Below are positions 11,090-22,546 of a stretch of DNA of 35,920 bases, piece by piece. Within the stretch, counting starts at the first letter, position 1, and every line of letters begins with the position of its first letter. The DNA is taken from the NCBI RefSeq assembly GCF_006345805.1, contig NW_021824706.1:1-35920 (forward strand), read 5' to 3'. The stretch comes from Octopus sinensis (taxonomy: Eukaryota). The notes under the pieces were generated by a model. The model was not told where the DNA came from. It worked only from the letters and a program-made list of their open reading frames with translations, and searched no databases. The translations under genes and the position numbers were made by a program.

Positions 11090-14000
11090 ATTGCTATATA
11101 TATATATATAGCTAGTTTGTAAAGATTTTGGATCCAGGTATATTTGATTATTTTTGAAATTTCCAGGATTAGAATTACCAGTGTTAATTTCTCTCCATAT
11201 TTCGTTAACTCAGTGCATGGAGGTATCGTTTTATATTATGCGCATTTGTTGCGTTACTCTCGTTATATGAGGATAAGAGTGAACGGTGTTTGTACATGAG
11301 TTGTGAAAAAGTTGATGAAGGGTTGGCCAAAGAAAAGGGTGCTCTGTGTGCAACTCGGACAGGTTCGGTTAAATGTACTTTTGTATCTGTAGAGTTAATA
11401 TCGAACCAACAATTCCCTGCTGCGATAGTACTTTTAGGCCTGGAATTTCAGAGAAATGTTTATTGACTTCGGACTAAAAGTCTTCCAGAACAGATTAGTC
11501 AGTTGATTTTCGTCGAGGTTCAGGATTTTCCTGAATGCCGTCACATTTGCCTACTACTAGCACTCTATAGAACGCCAATAGGGAATTTCCGTTGACCACA
11601 ATGCCCAATTAGTAGAGGGTTTTGAGCGCGTAACGACTTTTCAGATGCCAAACATCTTGTCTTTGTCTTCGCTTGACCCAGGTCTGCAGTTCTGCTAAAG
11701 AGACAAGCTGGAGAAAATGAATCTGACCACACCCGTTTATCATGAAAGAAACGCCGAAAATTTTGTAACTTCAGCACATATCCGTACATTCTTAGACATG
11801 GCTTATTCAGTATTCTGCGTAGCGAATGTTGACAGCAAATGGACTGTTTGGTCAGTGGAACGCGTCCTTCCCACAAAAAAAGCGAAAGAACAGACTCTGG
11901 ACTTTGATCAAACGTAAACCAGGGCAAGGCGAGACGGTCAGACGGTAATAGGGGACGAAGGCTACGTAGTTGTTTGCCATCTTCATAGATAGCTTCCTTT
12001 TTGGCTCATGTTTGGGTGAGACTGGCCACTCTGCTCCTGACCTCATCCCAGTTTTTTTCCCACTTGAGGAGCTGGACCAAACCAGATCCCGAGCAATTTA
12101 ACCGGACATCAATCCAGCACCCCACAACGCTGTTGGTTGGTATGGACCTACTCACCAGCCGCCATGGCACATGCTTTTCTTGGTTGATTTTTGCTCTCCC
12201 ACTGCCTTGCAGTCCCTTAGGGTTGTGCCAATCACGTCCACATGCCTAGTATCCGGCACTTTTATGGTAACACTCCGCGTACGCCGACATGGTTCCTCAA
12301 CGTCTCTAGTTTCGGCAGTCAGCACATACCGAAGACACGAGAGGGGGCAACCATGACGAACTGAGTGCAAGATAATAAATGGTACAAGATACTAAATGCT
12401 GTACATTGCCGCAATCCCACAGAAGAAGATGGGACCGAAACCGGCTACCATGAGAACAGCTGCCATATATAAGTGGTCGGACCCATCGAAGATTGATCTA
12501 AACTGATCAGGGCCCCATCCATGCCATGTTCCCCACTCATTCTCTCAATAATATATCACAAGAAGTAGAGGTTGTCGTGAATATACCTCTTCAGCATCAA
12601 ATGTTTGCGCATCACCAATTAGACCATCGACGACAAGCACCAATTTCTTTTTTAACAACTTGGTCAAAATTTTGAAATCTGAGTTTAATAGAGTTACAGG
12701 CCGAAAATTATAAATGTAATCCCCCTTGTTTGGGTCTTTTCTCAGTAGCGTTACTGCTCCTCGACTCACAGAACTTGGAATTCTCCCATTCTGCTGTCAG
12801 TTGCAGTAAACATCTGTCAATAGGTCGCCGAATAAGTTTATGATATAACCATAAAGCTCGTCGGACAGACCATCTAAACCAAGCAATTTGCCCTTCGTAC
12901 AGCTAGCCATGGCTTCCCATATATCCGTGGCTGTTAGCTTTTTGCAACACTTCACTCTGCTGCGAAGAGTCGCAGCTGACCATCGAGAAAGGCCCTGAAA
13001 TGCAACCTGCAATCTGGTCCGCCACTCATCCTGAACAACTGAGCGAAGTTGGTGAAAAGCTGCATACATCTATTCAGAATCAAGTAGCACACGCTCAGTA
13101 TTATCCGATAAAGATTGAATTGAATTTTTTTTTCCACTTGGCGCCTTCATCACTCGGTTTTCTTCCTTTGTATTTTGGAGCACGAGCCTTTGCTCTGACA
13201 AAGCAGCTTTCGTACTCTGCGTTGAAGTGGTCTTTCCACAAGCAAATCTGTCGCTATGCTTTTTCTAAGTACCTCTTATAGTTTCAAATTAGATTCCCCT
13301 CTAGTCTAGTATGCTTTATTGCTACTTCTTTAAAAACCCTATTGGATTATACTCTAGTCATTCTTTTCACTATTGTTGGCGATTGCTTCCGTCAACGCCT
13401 CTTTAACTAATTCACTAATCCGGTTTCTGTAAGCTTGGAAACGACGCTTTCAGCTCTCAGTAACGGAGTCCATGACTACAAACCCTATCTTGGCCGACTG
13501 TTCAAATGACAAATATGTGGTCTGTGTAGCCGAAGCTTTGAATTGTGGACAACCTACGCTGTCCCTCCGTTAGCCAACAGAATGCTCTATATTGATATGA
13601 TCTGGATGACTCGATGCAGTTTGTCCAAATCCACTTTTGGCACATTCAGGGAATCCAGTCAGTACCTGTCAGACCGGTGGAAACATCTTAGTAGGTTTGC
13701 GAGTTCTTTGCACGCCCTCTCATATCAGCTAGCTGAACATAGTCTAAGCGTTCATCCAGGGTGGCGTTCCAATCAACCACAAGCACTAAAGAGCGGGACG
13801 TCTTAGAAAGACTTCTTGATGCCGGAAGAAATCTGACCGCCCCGTCCCATTTGGGGTGTAGATGGCTACTAGTCTGAAGGTATGGTCTTCGCTGATGGTC
13901 ACGTTAAGCACCACCAACCTACCTTCTAGCTCCAAGAAGATGGCCCGTATCGTGAGATCCAGACTTTTACGAAACAAAAACAACAATTCTGCCTCCCGAT

Positions 14001-15480
14001 CCCGGCTGACTTGCTGATAGCAACACATTGTAACCACCGCAAATTTTGGTGTTGCTGAGAGCCACTTCATTTATATTTAGTGATCTATGTTTGTTGAGCA
14101 GGTTATTCTGCTTCCAAAACGACTCCAGTGCATTCACACTGCCTATTCTGGGAAAGGCTATGCTGGGTAAAAGAAGGAAAGTGTGAAGGACCACTTACAT
14201 TATTCCCGACAAATGGTCTGTCCTTCCCGCTAATAGGGGGTTTTCCCACGATAAAGTCTTTGCATAATCTTTTATTAATATTCCTTCGCAAATCTATTCT
14301 GTAGGGATATTTGCTTTTTAAAAAGGTTGTTTGTATGTGTTTTGTTTTGGCGATTTTTATGTGTCGCTATGTTATCTGTTGCGACGTATTTTGTGTGTGT
14401 TATTTTTATGTCGATGCATTTTATTTTGTAGAATTTTTTCTTCCTTTTGTCTATGGCTGTGTTTTCAGTGAATTCCTTTTCTATCTTTTCGCGTTGTGAG
14501 TGGTGTTCTGGCTGCTGTGGTGTGGGTAGGAATTAGTTTATGCATGCGTTTGTGATGTTGTTGATGATGCTGGTGATAACGGTGATGTTGATAGTACTGG
14601 TGCTGGTGGTGGTGGTGCTGGTGGTGTATTGTTGCTAAATGCATCTTCCCGTTCTTCCGAATCTTCCAGCTTTTTTGTTGGTATATTTTTCTTTCTTTCT
14701 TTTTTGTTTTGGATGGGGGTGGAGGTACTTTATGCCATTTCATATATTCCTCCTCACTTTCACCACACGACATATCTGAGTGGTCCGAGGGGAGGGAAAG
14801 ACACGTTTTGGGGTGGGGTTGTGATTTTGGTCTATAGTTCTGTTTTTGTTTTGTTTTGTGACCTTACGTTGCTGTTTTTGTCACCACCATCGGTGATATG
14901 GTAATTCCTGAGGGCGGTGCTTTTCTTGCTGTTGCTTCCATTCTTGCTGTGTGTATTTCAATTCCCGTAGTTGGGTCTGCTGTTGTAATTGCTACTGTTT
15001 TAGCGGAGGCCATCTTTCAAATATTACATTCTATTGTTATTGAGGACAAAGAGAGCATTCATGTGTCGGTATTTCCACAATTGTGGACTCTATACCTTCT
15101 ACACTTCACAGCCATCTGCTGTTACCGCCTTCCTGTGATCTCTATTAGATCGGAAAACCTGTACAATATTTAAGGTTCTACCTGAATCAGAGATTCCATC
15201 CCCATCGCAATGATCTTGATAGAGCACAGGTATGTTACGCTTCTTCTCACTTGCGACTGGAAAAAGGCACTCGTATGAATGTTTCCTAGCGTCCGAGCTC
15301 TCAGGAAATGATTCGTATCAAGCGTGTTCTTATTGAATAGTACACTTGCGAATAACTGGGTTTTATATGTATTTGCAACAGTTTCATTTGATAGAATACG
15401 TCTGTATGTGTAAATGTTATTAGTTCTGAACTAGTTTTGAAAACCAATTCAGTAAATATTGATTTTTTTTCATGTATGTT
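11090..15480 (-). mobile_element. Near full-length decayed non-LTR retrotransposon, L1/Tx1 clade
   Basis: Ordered minus-strand remnants: ORF1 with degenerate zinc knuckle (~14900-15480), low-complexity spacer, APE endonuclease, RT, C-terminal CxxC region. Boundaries approximate. Confidence 0.9.
11110..14160 (-). pseudogene. LINE ORF2 (APE endonuclease + reverse transcriptase + zinc-binding region), many stops and frameshifts
   Basis: GRLVVLNV..FRLVAIYTPN..RSDFF (endonuclease); KLLGLDGLSDELY; GAVTLLRKDPNKG..NFRPVTLLNSDFKILTK; SVRHGCPLS (RT QGxPLS); FLWEGRVP; LFWKTF...RTCPSC. Confidence 0.92.
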
Positions 15481-15870
15481 GTGTATTGTTAGGTTTCCTT
15501 ACTTTTCAATTGTTTTTTTTTTTTTGGAGGGAGAATGGTTCCTGGATCTATTAAAAAATTTTTGTTATCTGTTTGTATCAAAAGATCATATTTGTTATTG
15601 TTCTGTTCCCACTGTGACAAATGCCTCTTCCTGCTTTCTTATAAGAAGAAACCATGTTGAAATACAGTTGGGCTAAAATTTTACAAAATAAAAATATCGT
15701 GGGGCACACAAACCTTACTTCGTCCATCCTAAATTTAATGGATAGACATACAAATGTTTCAAAGCCTGCTTTTAGTAAAATAATTTTTTTAAAGCATTAT
15801 TTTTTATATGAAATACGAGAGTAGTGTGAAAGGGCGAGCACATCGGATCCAAGCAATCAGCAACTGCAAC

Positions 15871-16532
15871 CAGGGCCGGATTAAAAACTCATTGAGGCCC
15901 TAAGCACTTAAAAGATTTTGGTGCCCCCATAAAAGATTATATAATTCAAAATATAAACAATAACAAACTATGAAATAAATTTTTATTTTTCAAAACGAAA
16001 CAAAACAAGTAGAAGGAAAATAATGTTAATTTTTGTCTACTTCCATTTTATTTATATGTGAAAAGTTTCCTCCTACTTTTTTGAATTGCAAAATCTTTGA
16101 TCTGCTTCTATACTGAATAGAGATAAAGGCATCCCGGTGTAGCTTTGTTAAGCTATACGCAAACAAACTAGAGGAGACGAGAATACATTTATCAAAGGTT
16201 TATTACTTTAAGTACATCAGGGCTTAAGTCGCCAGTCATTTCTTTTTAGTCCATTCAAATTCGTTCAACATTCACTGTTGACATTCTTTTGATTTTCTTC
16301 TCCTACCGGAAGTCCCTTTCGCTGCTGACCAACTTCCTAGCTAGCCCGCAGCGAAGTTCCTGTCTACAGTTCGACTGTTACGAATCCTGCCCTACACCCG
16401 AATATTATTTTAGCAAGTTCAAAGTGATTTTTTTTTTGTGCCGTAAACCATTTACCATTTCTGTAGTTTTCCCCTCCTTCCCTTGATGCCCTAAGCACGT
16501 GCTTATTATGCTTAATGGTTAATCCAGCGCTG
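15871..16532. mobile_element. hAT-derived non-autonomous element
   Basis: TIRs CAGGGCCGGATTAA / TTAATCCAGCGCTG; perfect 8-bp TSD ACTGCAAC (15863-15870, 16533-16540); minus-strand remnant IKDFAIQKSRRKLF (16060-16101) resembles a hAT transposase C-terminus. Confidence 0.88.
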
Positions 16533-16558
16533 ACTGCAACAACCGCAATTGTTATATA

Positions 16559-16700
16559 CAAGGCCAGCAGTTTTGAAGTGGCAGGAAGCAAGTCGATTAC
16601 CTCGATCCCGGTACTTGACAAGTATTTTATTTTATCAACCTCGAAAGGACGAAAGGCAAAGTTGACTTTTGCGTGATTTGATCTCAGAACGTATAACACG
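16559..16700 (-). mobile_element. SINE family B fragment
   Basis: gtcgattacctcgatccc..gaaaggacgaaaggcaaagttgac..ctcagaacgta. Confidence 0.78.
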
Positions 16701-16830
16701 GGAGGAAGTATCGCAAAGCAGGTTTAAAAAATATAAAAACCCGTAATTACACAGAAATAAATATAATCATAAAACGCACATCATGATTTAATTAACGTTT
16801 TTGTAAGTTTATTTCTGTTGAAATATACAG

Positions 16831-17028
16831 CCTTATTCCCAATTAATTTTGAGAATGATGAAGAAATAACTGCATCGTTCATTATTAGGTTAGGGTCTGT
16901 TAACAAGTTAAGTTACCATCAAATTGTGATGGAAAGTTTTAATTTGGATCCGTTTCAAGCAGGAAATTTGCTTCATCGAAATGTCTTAGAGATTTTCGTA
17001 TCAAAAGGATTAAAACAGAATAAAGAAC
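16831..17028 (+). CDS. Candidate internal coding exon, 198 bp, phase 1-1, unidentified protein
   Basis: Acceptor ..atttctgttgaaatatacag, donor AAC|gtaaga; stop-free: LFPINFENDEEITASFIIRLGSVNKLSYHQIVMESFNLDPFQAGNLLHRNVLEIFVSKGLKQNKE. Non-repetitive and of globular composition. Confidence 0.4.
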
Positions 17029-17121
17029 GTAAGAACGTTTACGATTCACGCCCACACGCGGGTGAGAAATAACTGGATAGGTCATTTCAGGGAGCATCAC
17101 ATCACTATCCACTCACAATTG

Positions 17122-17350
17122 GAAGGCGGCGAGCTGGCAGAAACGTTAGCACGCCGGGCGAAATGCTCAGCGGTCTGCCACTACGTTCTGAGTTCAAATT
17201 CCGCCGAGGTCGACTTTGCCTTTCATTCTTTCGGAGTCGATTAAATAAGTACCAATTACGCACTTGGGTCGATGTAATCGACTTAATCCGTTTGTCTGTC
17301 CTTGTTTGTCCTCTCTGTGTTTAGCCCCTTGTGGGCAATAAAGAAATGTA
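17122..17350 (+). mobile_element. SINE family B, full length with TSD
   Basis: Flanked by tatccactcacaattg (17106-17121) and tatccactcaaaattg (17351-17366), 1 mismatch. Confidence 0.92.
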
Positions 17351-17469
17351 TATCCACTCAAAATTGTTCGAACTGCAGCCTTATGCATGCAAATAATATG
17401 CCGTTTAGATGTTTTTTTGATGTAGGTTGGAGTAGATAACAACCCATATCTGTTTCAATTCATTGAGAC

Positions 17470-18112
17470 AGTTTTATTTCATTTTTTATCCACAATTTGT
17501 CTAACGAGAGTATACTAACACCGCGCAAATTTGTGATTCTGTCCATTGGATTTTGATTCCATCTTCGAAGGAGGTAAATTTCAGTTCATCGTCCTACTTG
17601 TCTCTGTCTTCATTATTGTTCTGAGTAGGACCACCACCTCTTCCCTTTCTCTTGCTTTTTGTGGTGTTCACTTTCTTGTCTTTTGGGGCTACTTTCTCGT
17701 TTTGGAAACTGCCCTACATAACTATCATCTCGTCATCGTCACACGACGATGGAGTTGTGTCACTGGTTGCTACAGCCAGGATACACGTATCTACTCACTT
17801 GTAAGCAGGACCGGGCACACTTTGACCGCCACCTTTTTCAGGGATCATGTCTAATTATCTCAGCCTGTGTTTTGGAGTTCTCAGTCCTAAAAACACAGCA
17901 GACTGTTCCCTAAGTTTTATGTGACTGAATCGAAAGAATTTTTCAAGATATTTCATAGATATATTAATTCCCTCTATGGCCTCTCTTGGATCAAATCCTG
18001 GAATAAGAGATACTGTTTGGTTTTACACAACTCATCTTGTCAAGTCTTTTCTGGAGACTTTCTCAAATCTAAGCATTCTGTCTGCGTAACGACAGAGACA
18101 AAATCGAATCAT
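17470..18112 (-). pseudogene. Decayed ORF in one frame, possibly a retroelement ORF1/gag-like remnant
   Basis: MIRFCLCRYADRMLRFEKVSRKDL..IPGFDPREAIEG..MIPEKGGGQSVPGP..KSKRKGRGGGP reads as one frame with scattered stops and no frameshift; acidic then basic low-complexity tail. Confidence 0.45.
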
Positions 18113-18449
18113 TTAATACTGTTACAATAAACATTATTTTCCCCAATATGTTTATTTATCTCTGTGCAAGTCTTGTTGTTTTTACTGCTTTCGTTCAAAA
18201 TTTATCAAATTGTTCGAAATAAATTCTCTTTCTATTAAAAGGTCGTTTCAACTTTTTTTCTTATTATTTTTCTTTTTGTTCTAAGTATTCATTCAGTGGT
18301 TCAGTTCGTTCCTTTGAGGTCTTTTTATTTTTGTGCGTTTTTACTTATTTATATATTTGAAAGTTGTACTCTGACCAAAAGGCATTTTGATATGAAAACA
18401 TCAATTTATAATGTGCATTTGGTGCTGTGTCACGTCACGTAAACTTAGA

Positions 18450-19313
18450 TGCGATGTGCATTCAAAAAGTATCCGGTTTCATTTTTCCCGCCAAAGCTAA
18501 TGCCACGTGGGCAAAATCCTTTGGGTGGGAGGCAGCACCACCCTTACTGCGCATGCAGGAAAATTTTCGCGCCAGCAGGCCACGTCAGTTCTCTGCTGTT
18601 ACGTCTAGAGTACACACATGTAGTGCGCGCTCGTCGGATTTTCGTTTTCACGCAAGACGACCGAATGTATTGAGCAGAGATATTGCACCAAGTTTTGTCG
18701 AGGGCTTGGTGATACTTAAACTCAAACTATCCAGAAGATTCAGCAGGCTTTTGGTACAACCGTTTCAAACATGACCGTATCTGGGTGGAGAGCGAGGCAT
18801 GCTCAGGCAGGTCAGGCAAACCTAAATGAGGAGCTGATTGAGGAACTTTGGCGAGTAGTTATGCGTAACAATCCAGGAAATTGCTCACAAAATGGAATTA
18901 AGCATAGAGGATCATTTTAACAGAGGATTTGTGCATGCGGAGTGTATCGGCGAAATTCATCCCCAAAGTGCTTGCAGAGTAGCAGAGGCAACTCCCCGTG
19001 GAAATTGTTCAGACATTCTGGACCGTACAAACCACGACCCAGATTTTATGAAGACCATTATCACTGATGTTGAGACATGGGTTTATGGTTGCTGCTCGAT
19101 GTGTTCTGTCACCTTGTGTGAAAACGAAAATTTGACGTGCGCGCAGTACACGTCTGTACTCTTGGCGTAACAGTCGGGAACTGACTCGGCCTACCAGTGC
19201 GATAATTTTCACGCAAGCGCAGGAAGTGTGACGTCATCTATGCAAAGGATTTCCCATGCGGCATTAGTTTTGGCAGGAAAAAATAAAGCCCGATACTTTT
19301 TGAACGCATCTCA
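18450..19313 (+). mobile_element. Internally deleted mariner-like element with long (~220 bp) inverted termini
   Basis: Ends ..ttcaaaaagtatccggtttc / ..gatactttttgaacgcatctca|TA. Transposase remnants IEQRYCTKFCRGLGDT*TQTIQKIQQAFG (~18667-18755) and DPDFMKTIITDVETWVYG (ITGDETW motif, ~19035-19090). Confidence 0.9.
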
Positions 19314-19404
19314 TATATTCAATTATCAAAGAACTTAAGTTTAAATAGATACAATAAATTATACAATCCACTAGTTTTGTATGAGGGCAGTGAAAAGTCA
19401 ACAA

Positions 19405-19612
19405 AGGTTCCTCTTCTTGGTTATTCGACATGCTAGAAATAGCATCCAAATCTATCTTAAATCATATCCTAATATCTTTAAAAAGGGAATAATAATTAGA
19501 TAATATCGTTCGAAGTGCAGAGTGTAGAATGAAAGATGAGGTGGTCACGGAAGAAGCAACTTTGATCGTTGCTCTGTTTGATCAGGGTTTCTTGGGGCTA
19601 AATAATAACGAG
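19405..19612 (+). mobile_element. Probable old SINE-like interspersed repeat
   Basis: gctagaaatagcatccaaatct..gaggtggtcacgg..ttgatcgttgctctgtttgatcaggg..ggggctaaataataac resembles a repeat I recall from octopus DNA. Only one copy in this window. Confidence 0.45.
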
Positions 19613-20004
19613 GGTAGTATATAATTTGTTTTGCTTTGTCTGCTTCTAAGACTGTGACAATTTTTTTTTTCTTACAGCTTGAAAACTATGACAAACTACA
19701 GTGTACTACTGCACTTCCCGGAAATTGCGCCGGATAAACAGAAAAGGAAGTATTAGTTTTGTGATTATCAGATGATTTTCGGCGGCAGCTAATTTGTGAA
19801 CGATTTGTTATATCCTAACAGGAAGTTGGGCAGACTACAGCTTAAGGCAAATTCTTCTTATACTTTCTTACATAAGTATAAAACAAGTTTCGTAGAGTAA
19901 AGAAAAAATGTCTAACACTCATGACTTTCTCGAGAACAATAGAACAAATAAAAGCAATTCAAACTAGAAATGAAAAAAGTTACAGCACTCTGTAACCAAA
20001 TAAA

Positions 20005-20205
20005 GGCTGGTGAGCTGGCAGAATCGTTAAAACGCCGGGCAAAATGCTTAGCGAAATTTCGTTCGTCTTTACGTTCTGAGTTCAAATTCTGCTGTGATCG
20101 ACTTTGCCTTTCATCCTTTCAGGGTCGATAAACCAAGTACCAGTGAAGCACTGGAGTTGATGTAATCGACTAGTCCCTTCTCCCAAAATTCTAGGCCTTG
20201 AGCTT
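20005..20205 (+). mobile_element. SINE family B
   Basis: ggtgagctggcagaatcgttaa..gttctgagttcaaattc..gactttgcctttcatcctttcagggtcgat. Confidence 0.88.
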
Positions 20206-20364
20206 TTTTTGGATTTTTTAGAAATTGTTCTTGTACCGAAAACTCATTATAGTTACAGAATTTTATGGTTGGCAATTATTGTTGGTCAACATTACCAAAT
20301 TGAGCAGTTTTATTCACCAGCAGTTTTGACTTTCAGACTTAAACACTTCAGGTTCGAATTCAAG

Positions 20365-20571
20365 ACATGACTATGTGGAAAGAAATTTGTTTCCCAGCCC
20401 CATGGTTCCGGGTTCTGTCCGATCGAATGGCGACATGGACAAGTTTCTTTTACTATAAACCTCGGGCTGACCAAAGCCTTGCGTGTGGATTTGGTTAATG
20501 GAAACTAAAAGAGCCCGTCGTGCGTATGTGTTTGTGTGTGTGTGTATGTCAGTCTGTATCTATCTACTGGC

Positions 20572-20609
<38 letters not shown>

Positions 20610-20780
20610 GTATGTCTGTCTATCCATCCATCTATCTATCTGTTTGTCTGTCTGTCTGTCTATCTATCTTTCTATGTCTTTGTATCTGTGTTTGTCTCTC
20701 GTCACCGCTTGACAAGCGGCGTTGATGTGTTTACGTACCCGCAACTTAGCGGTTTGGCGAAACAGACCGACAGAATAAGT
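20365..20780 (+). mobile_element. SINE family A with internal (CTAT/CTGT)n expansion, 3' truncated
   Basis: catggttccgggttc..ctcgggctgaccaaagccttg..gagcccgtcg..cttagcggtttggc..gaataagt; interrupted at 20781. Confidence 0.82.
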
Positions 20781-20945
20781 TGGGGCGAAAGAGTACAACA
20801 GGGGTCGCCACCACCCCCTGCCGGAGCCTCGTGGAGCTTTAGGTGTTTTCGCTCAATAAACACACACAACGCCTGGTCTGGGAATCGAAACGGCGATCCT
20901 CCGACCGCGAGTCCGCTGCCCTAACCACTGGCCAATTGCGCCTCC
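20781..20945 (-). mobile_element. SINE family C 5' part
   Basis: Reverse complement of GGAGGCGCAATTGGCCAGTGGTTAGGGCAGCGGACTCGCGGTCG..GTTTCGATTCCCAGACC. Confidence 0.88.
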
Positions 20946-21069
20946 ACTTGCTGAGGCTGTTCGTGTTTGACAATATTATTCACAGCAGAAACAATCCGAT
21001 TAAAGAGTCAAAATCGCATACGTCGTTCAAAAATGCTCGGCTATCCTTATACGTTTGGGTTTTTTGGAT

Positions 21070-21290
21070 CATTTCACTTCCGTTCACTCAGCTGGCAAAA
21101 ATGAGTAGTACCAGTAATTCAAACGGGTCAGTCTTGTCACATTCTGCGTCACGCTGAATATCTCTGAGATCTACGTTAAGGGTACGAGTGTCTGTGGAGT
21201 ACACAGCCACTTGCACGTTAATTTCATGAGCAGGCTGTTCTGTTGATCGGATCAACTGGAACCCTTGTCGTCGTAACCGACGGAGTACCA
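21070..21290 (+). mobile_element. SINE 3' part (tail shared with the 32856 copy)
   Basis: cttgtcacattctgcgtcacgctgaat..acgttaagggtac..gcaggctgttc..gtcgtcgtaaccgacggagt matches ~33070-33225. Confidence 0.82.
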
Positions 21291-21371
21291 GTTTTTATCA
21301 TTTATTAAATTAAGCAATGCCTTTACGATTTCAGGCAGTTGTTTTACCAGTTCTTCCTTCTCAAAATGTCA

Positions 21372-21483
21372 TCTCTCTCTCTCTCTCCCCCTCTCTCTCT
21401 CTTCTCTCTCTCTCTCTCTCTCCTCCCCCTCTCTCTCTCTCTTCCTCTCTCTCTCTCTCTCTCTCTCTCTCGCTCTCTCTCTG
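21372..21483. repeat. (CT)n tract
   Basis: Direct reading. Confidence 0.95.
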
Positions 21484-22204
21484 CTAAACTGTTCTCATTT
21501 TGACTTGCAATGGTTCAAAAGTAACAATAACGCCATCAATCTCACCGATCCTGAAGAGCCTGCGTAGGCCAAGGACACTGCCTCTTCCTGTACAGCGGCA
21601 AGTAAGAAAAAATAACATATGCATATAAAACCTCTAAAGTAATGGAGACAACCATTAATAACGGCATTCTTTAACATTTTGAATCCTCTCTCTCTCTCCC
21701 TCAGTCATCATTTATTTGAACGGCAACCGCAGACCCTGAAGAATAGATTTCGAATTGGCAGAGTGGTTACAGTATCGTATAAAATGCTTTGCAGTACTTG
21801 TTTTGGCTCTCTGCTCTCTAATTTCAAATCCTATCGTGGTCAATTTATCTCTCACCCTTTAGGATCGATAAATAAAGTGCAAGCCCAGGGCAGCGGATTA
21901 ACAGATTTGTTAGAGCGTCAGATGAGATGCTTTACGGTACCTTCCTCGTTCTTTAACATTCTGGCGACAATTCTTGCGACAAAAATGATACCAAACTGAA
22001 TCAGACCGGCTTTTCCTTTGGATAACATTGGTAATGTAGAAAAGGGAGATATATTGTTGTTTTTTTATAACCCTTGCCCCTACATGCACCCTAGAGAAGA
22101 ACTTCCCAGAGTTACGTGGTCAAAACGTAAACTTTGTGTATAATACGCACCCCTTCTCTAACCTGAGTCGTGCGTAATTAAGCCAGCAGCACCTAGTCGA
22201 ACAA

Positions 22205-22222
22205 ACACTTCCGCGCATGCGT
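22205..22222. promoter_or_regulatory. Overlapping ETS-like (ACTTCCG) and NRF1-like (GCGCATGCG) motifs
   Basis: acttccgcgcatgcg in a CpG-containing unique patch; motif match only. Confidence 0.25.
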
Positions 22223-22546
22223 AATGGTGATGTTCTTAACTGTTATATGGGAATGTAAATATGTTTGCAAATTGTTTTTTGTTACATGTTACTCTGTGTT
22301 CTGAATACTTTTATTTTAATAAATGTTGCTTACTGCAAGTTATGGATGATTCTTTTATGACTTCATTGCTTTCAGGCTTAGCTTAAGGTATTTTCGCGCC
22401 TGACATCACAAAATGCGTCTGAATAAACATTGCAGGACAACAATTAGAGACTCGGACATTGCTTAGAAAATATTTTTCATTTTTAACCTCGTGTTTAGTA
22501 CGCACTAGGGATTTTGACCTTTAAATTTTTTGGGGAAAAAAATGCG

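Noticed and set aside
17546-17854. Hydrophobic 102-aa plus-strand ORF that looks like a membrane protein
   Set aside because: It is the antisense shadow of the purine-rich decayed minus-strand ORF.
19521-19613. 93-bp phase 1-1 open segment that would splice in frame to 16831-17028
   Set aside because: The acceptor lacks a pyrimidine tract, and the segment lies within a probable interspersed repeat.
21546-21601. Small exon candidates on both strands
   Set aside because: Plausible splice sites occur on both strands and several frames are open, so nothing discriminates a real exon.
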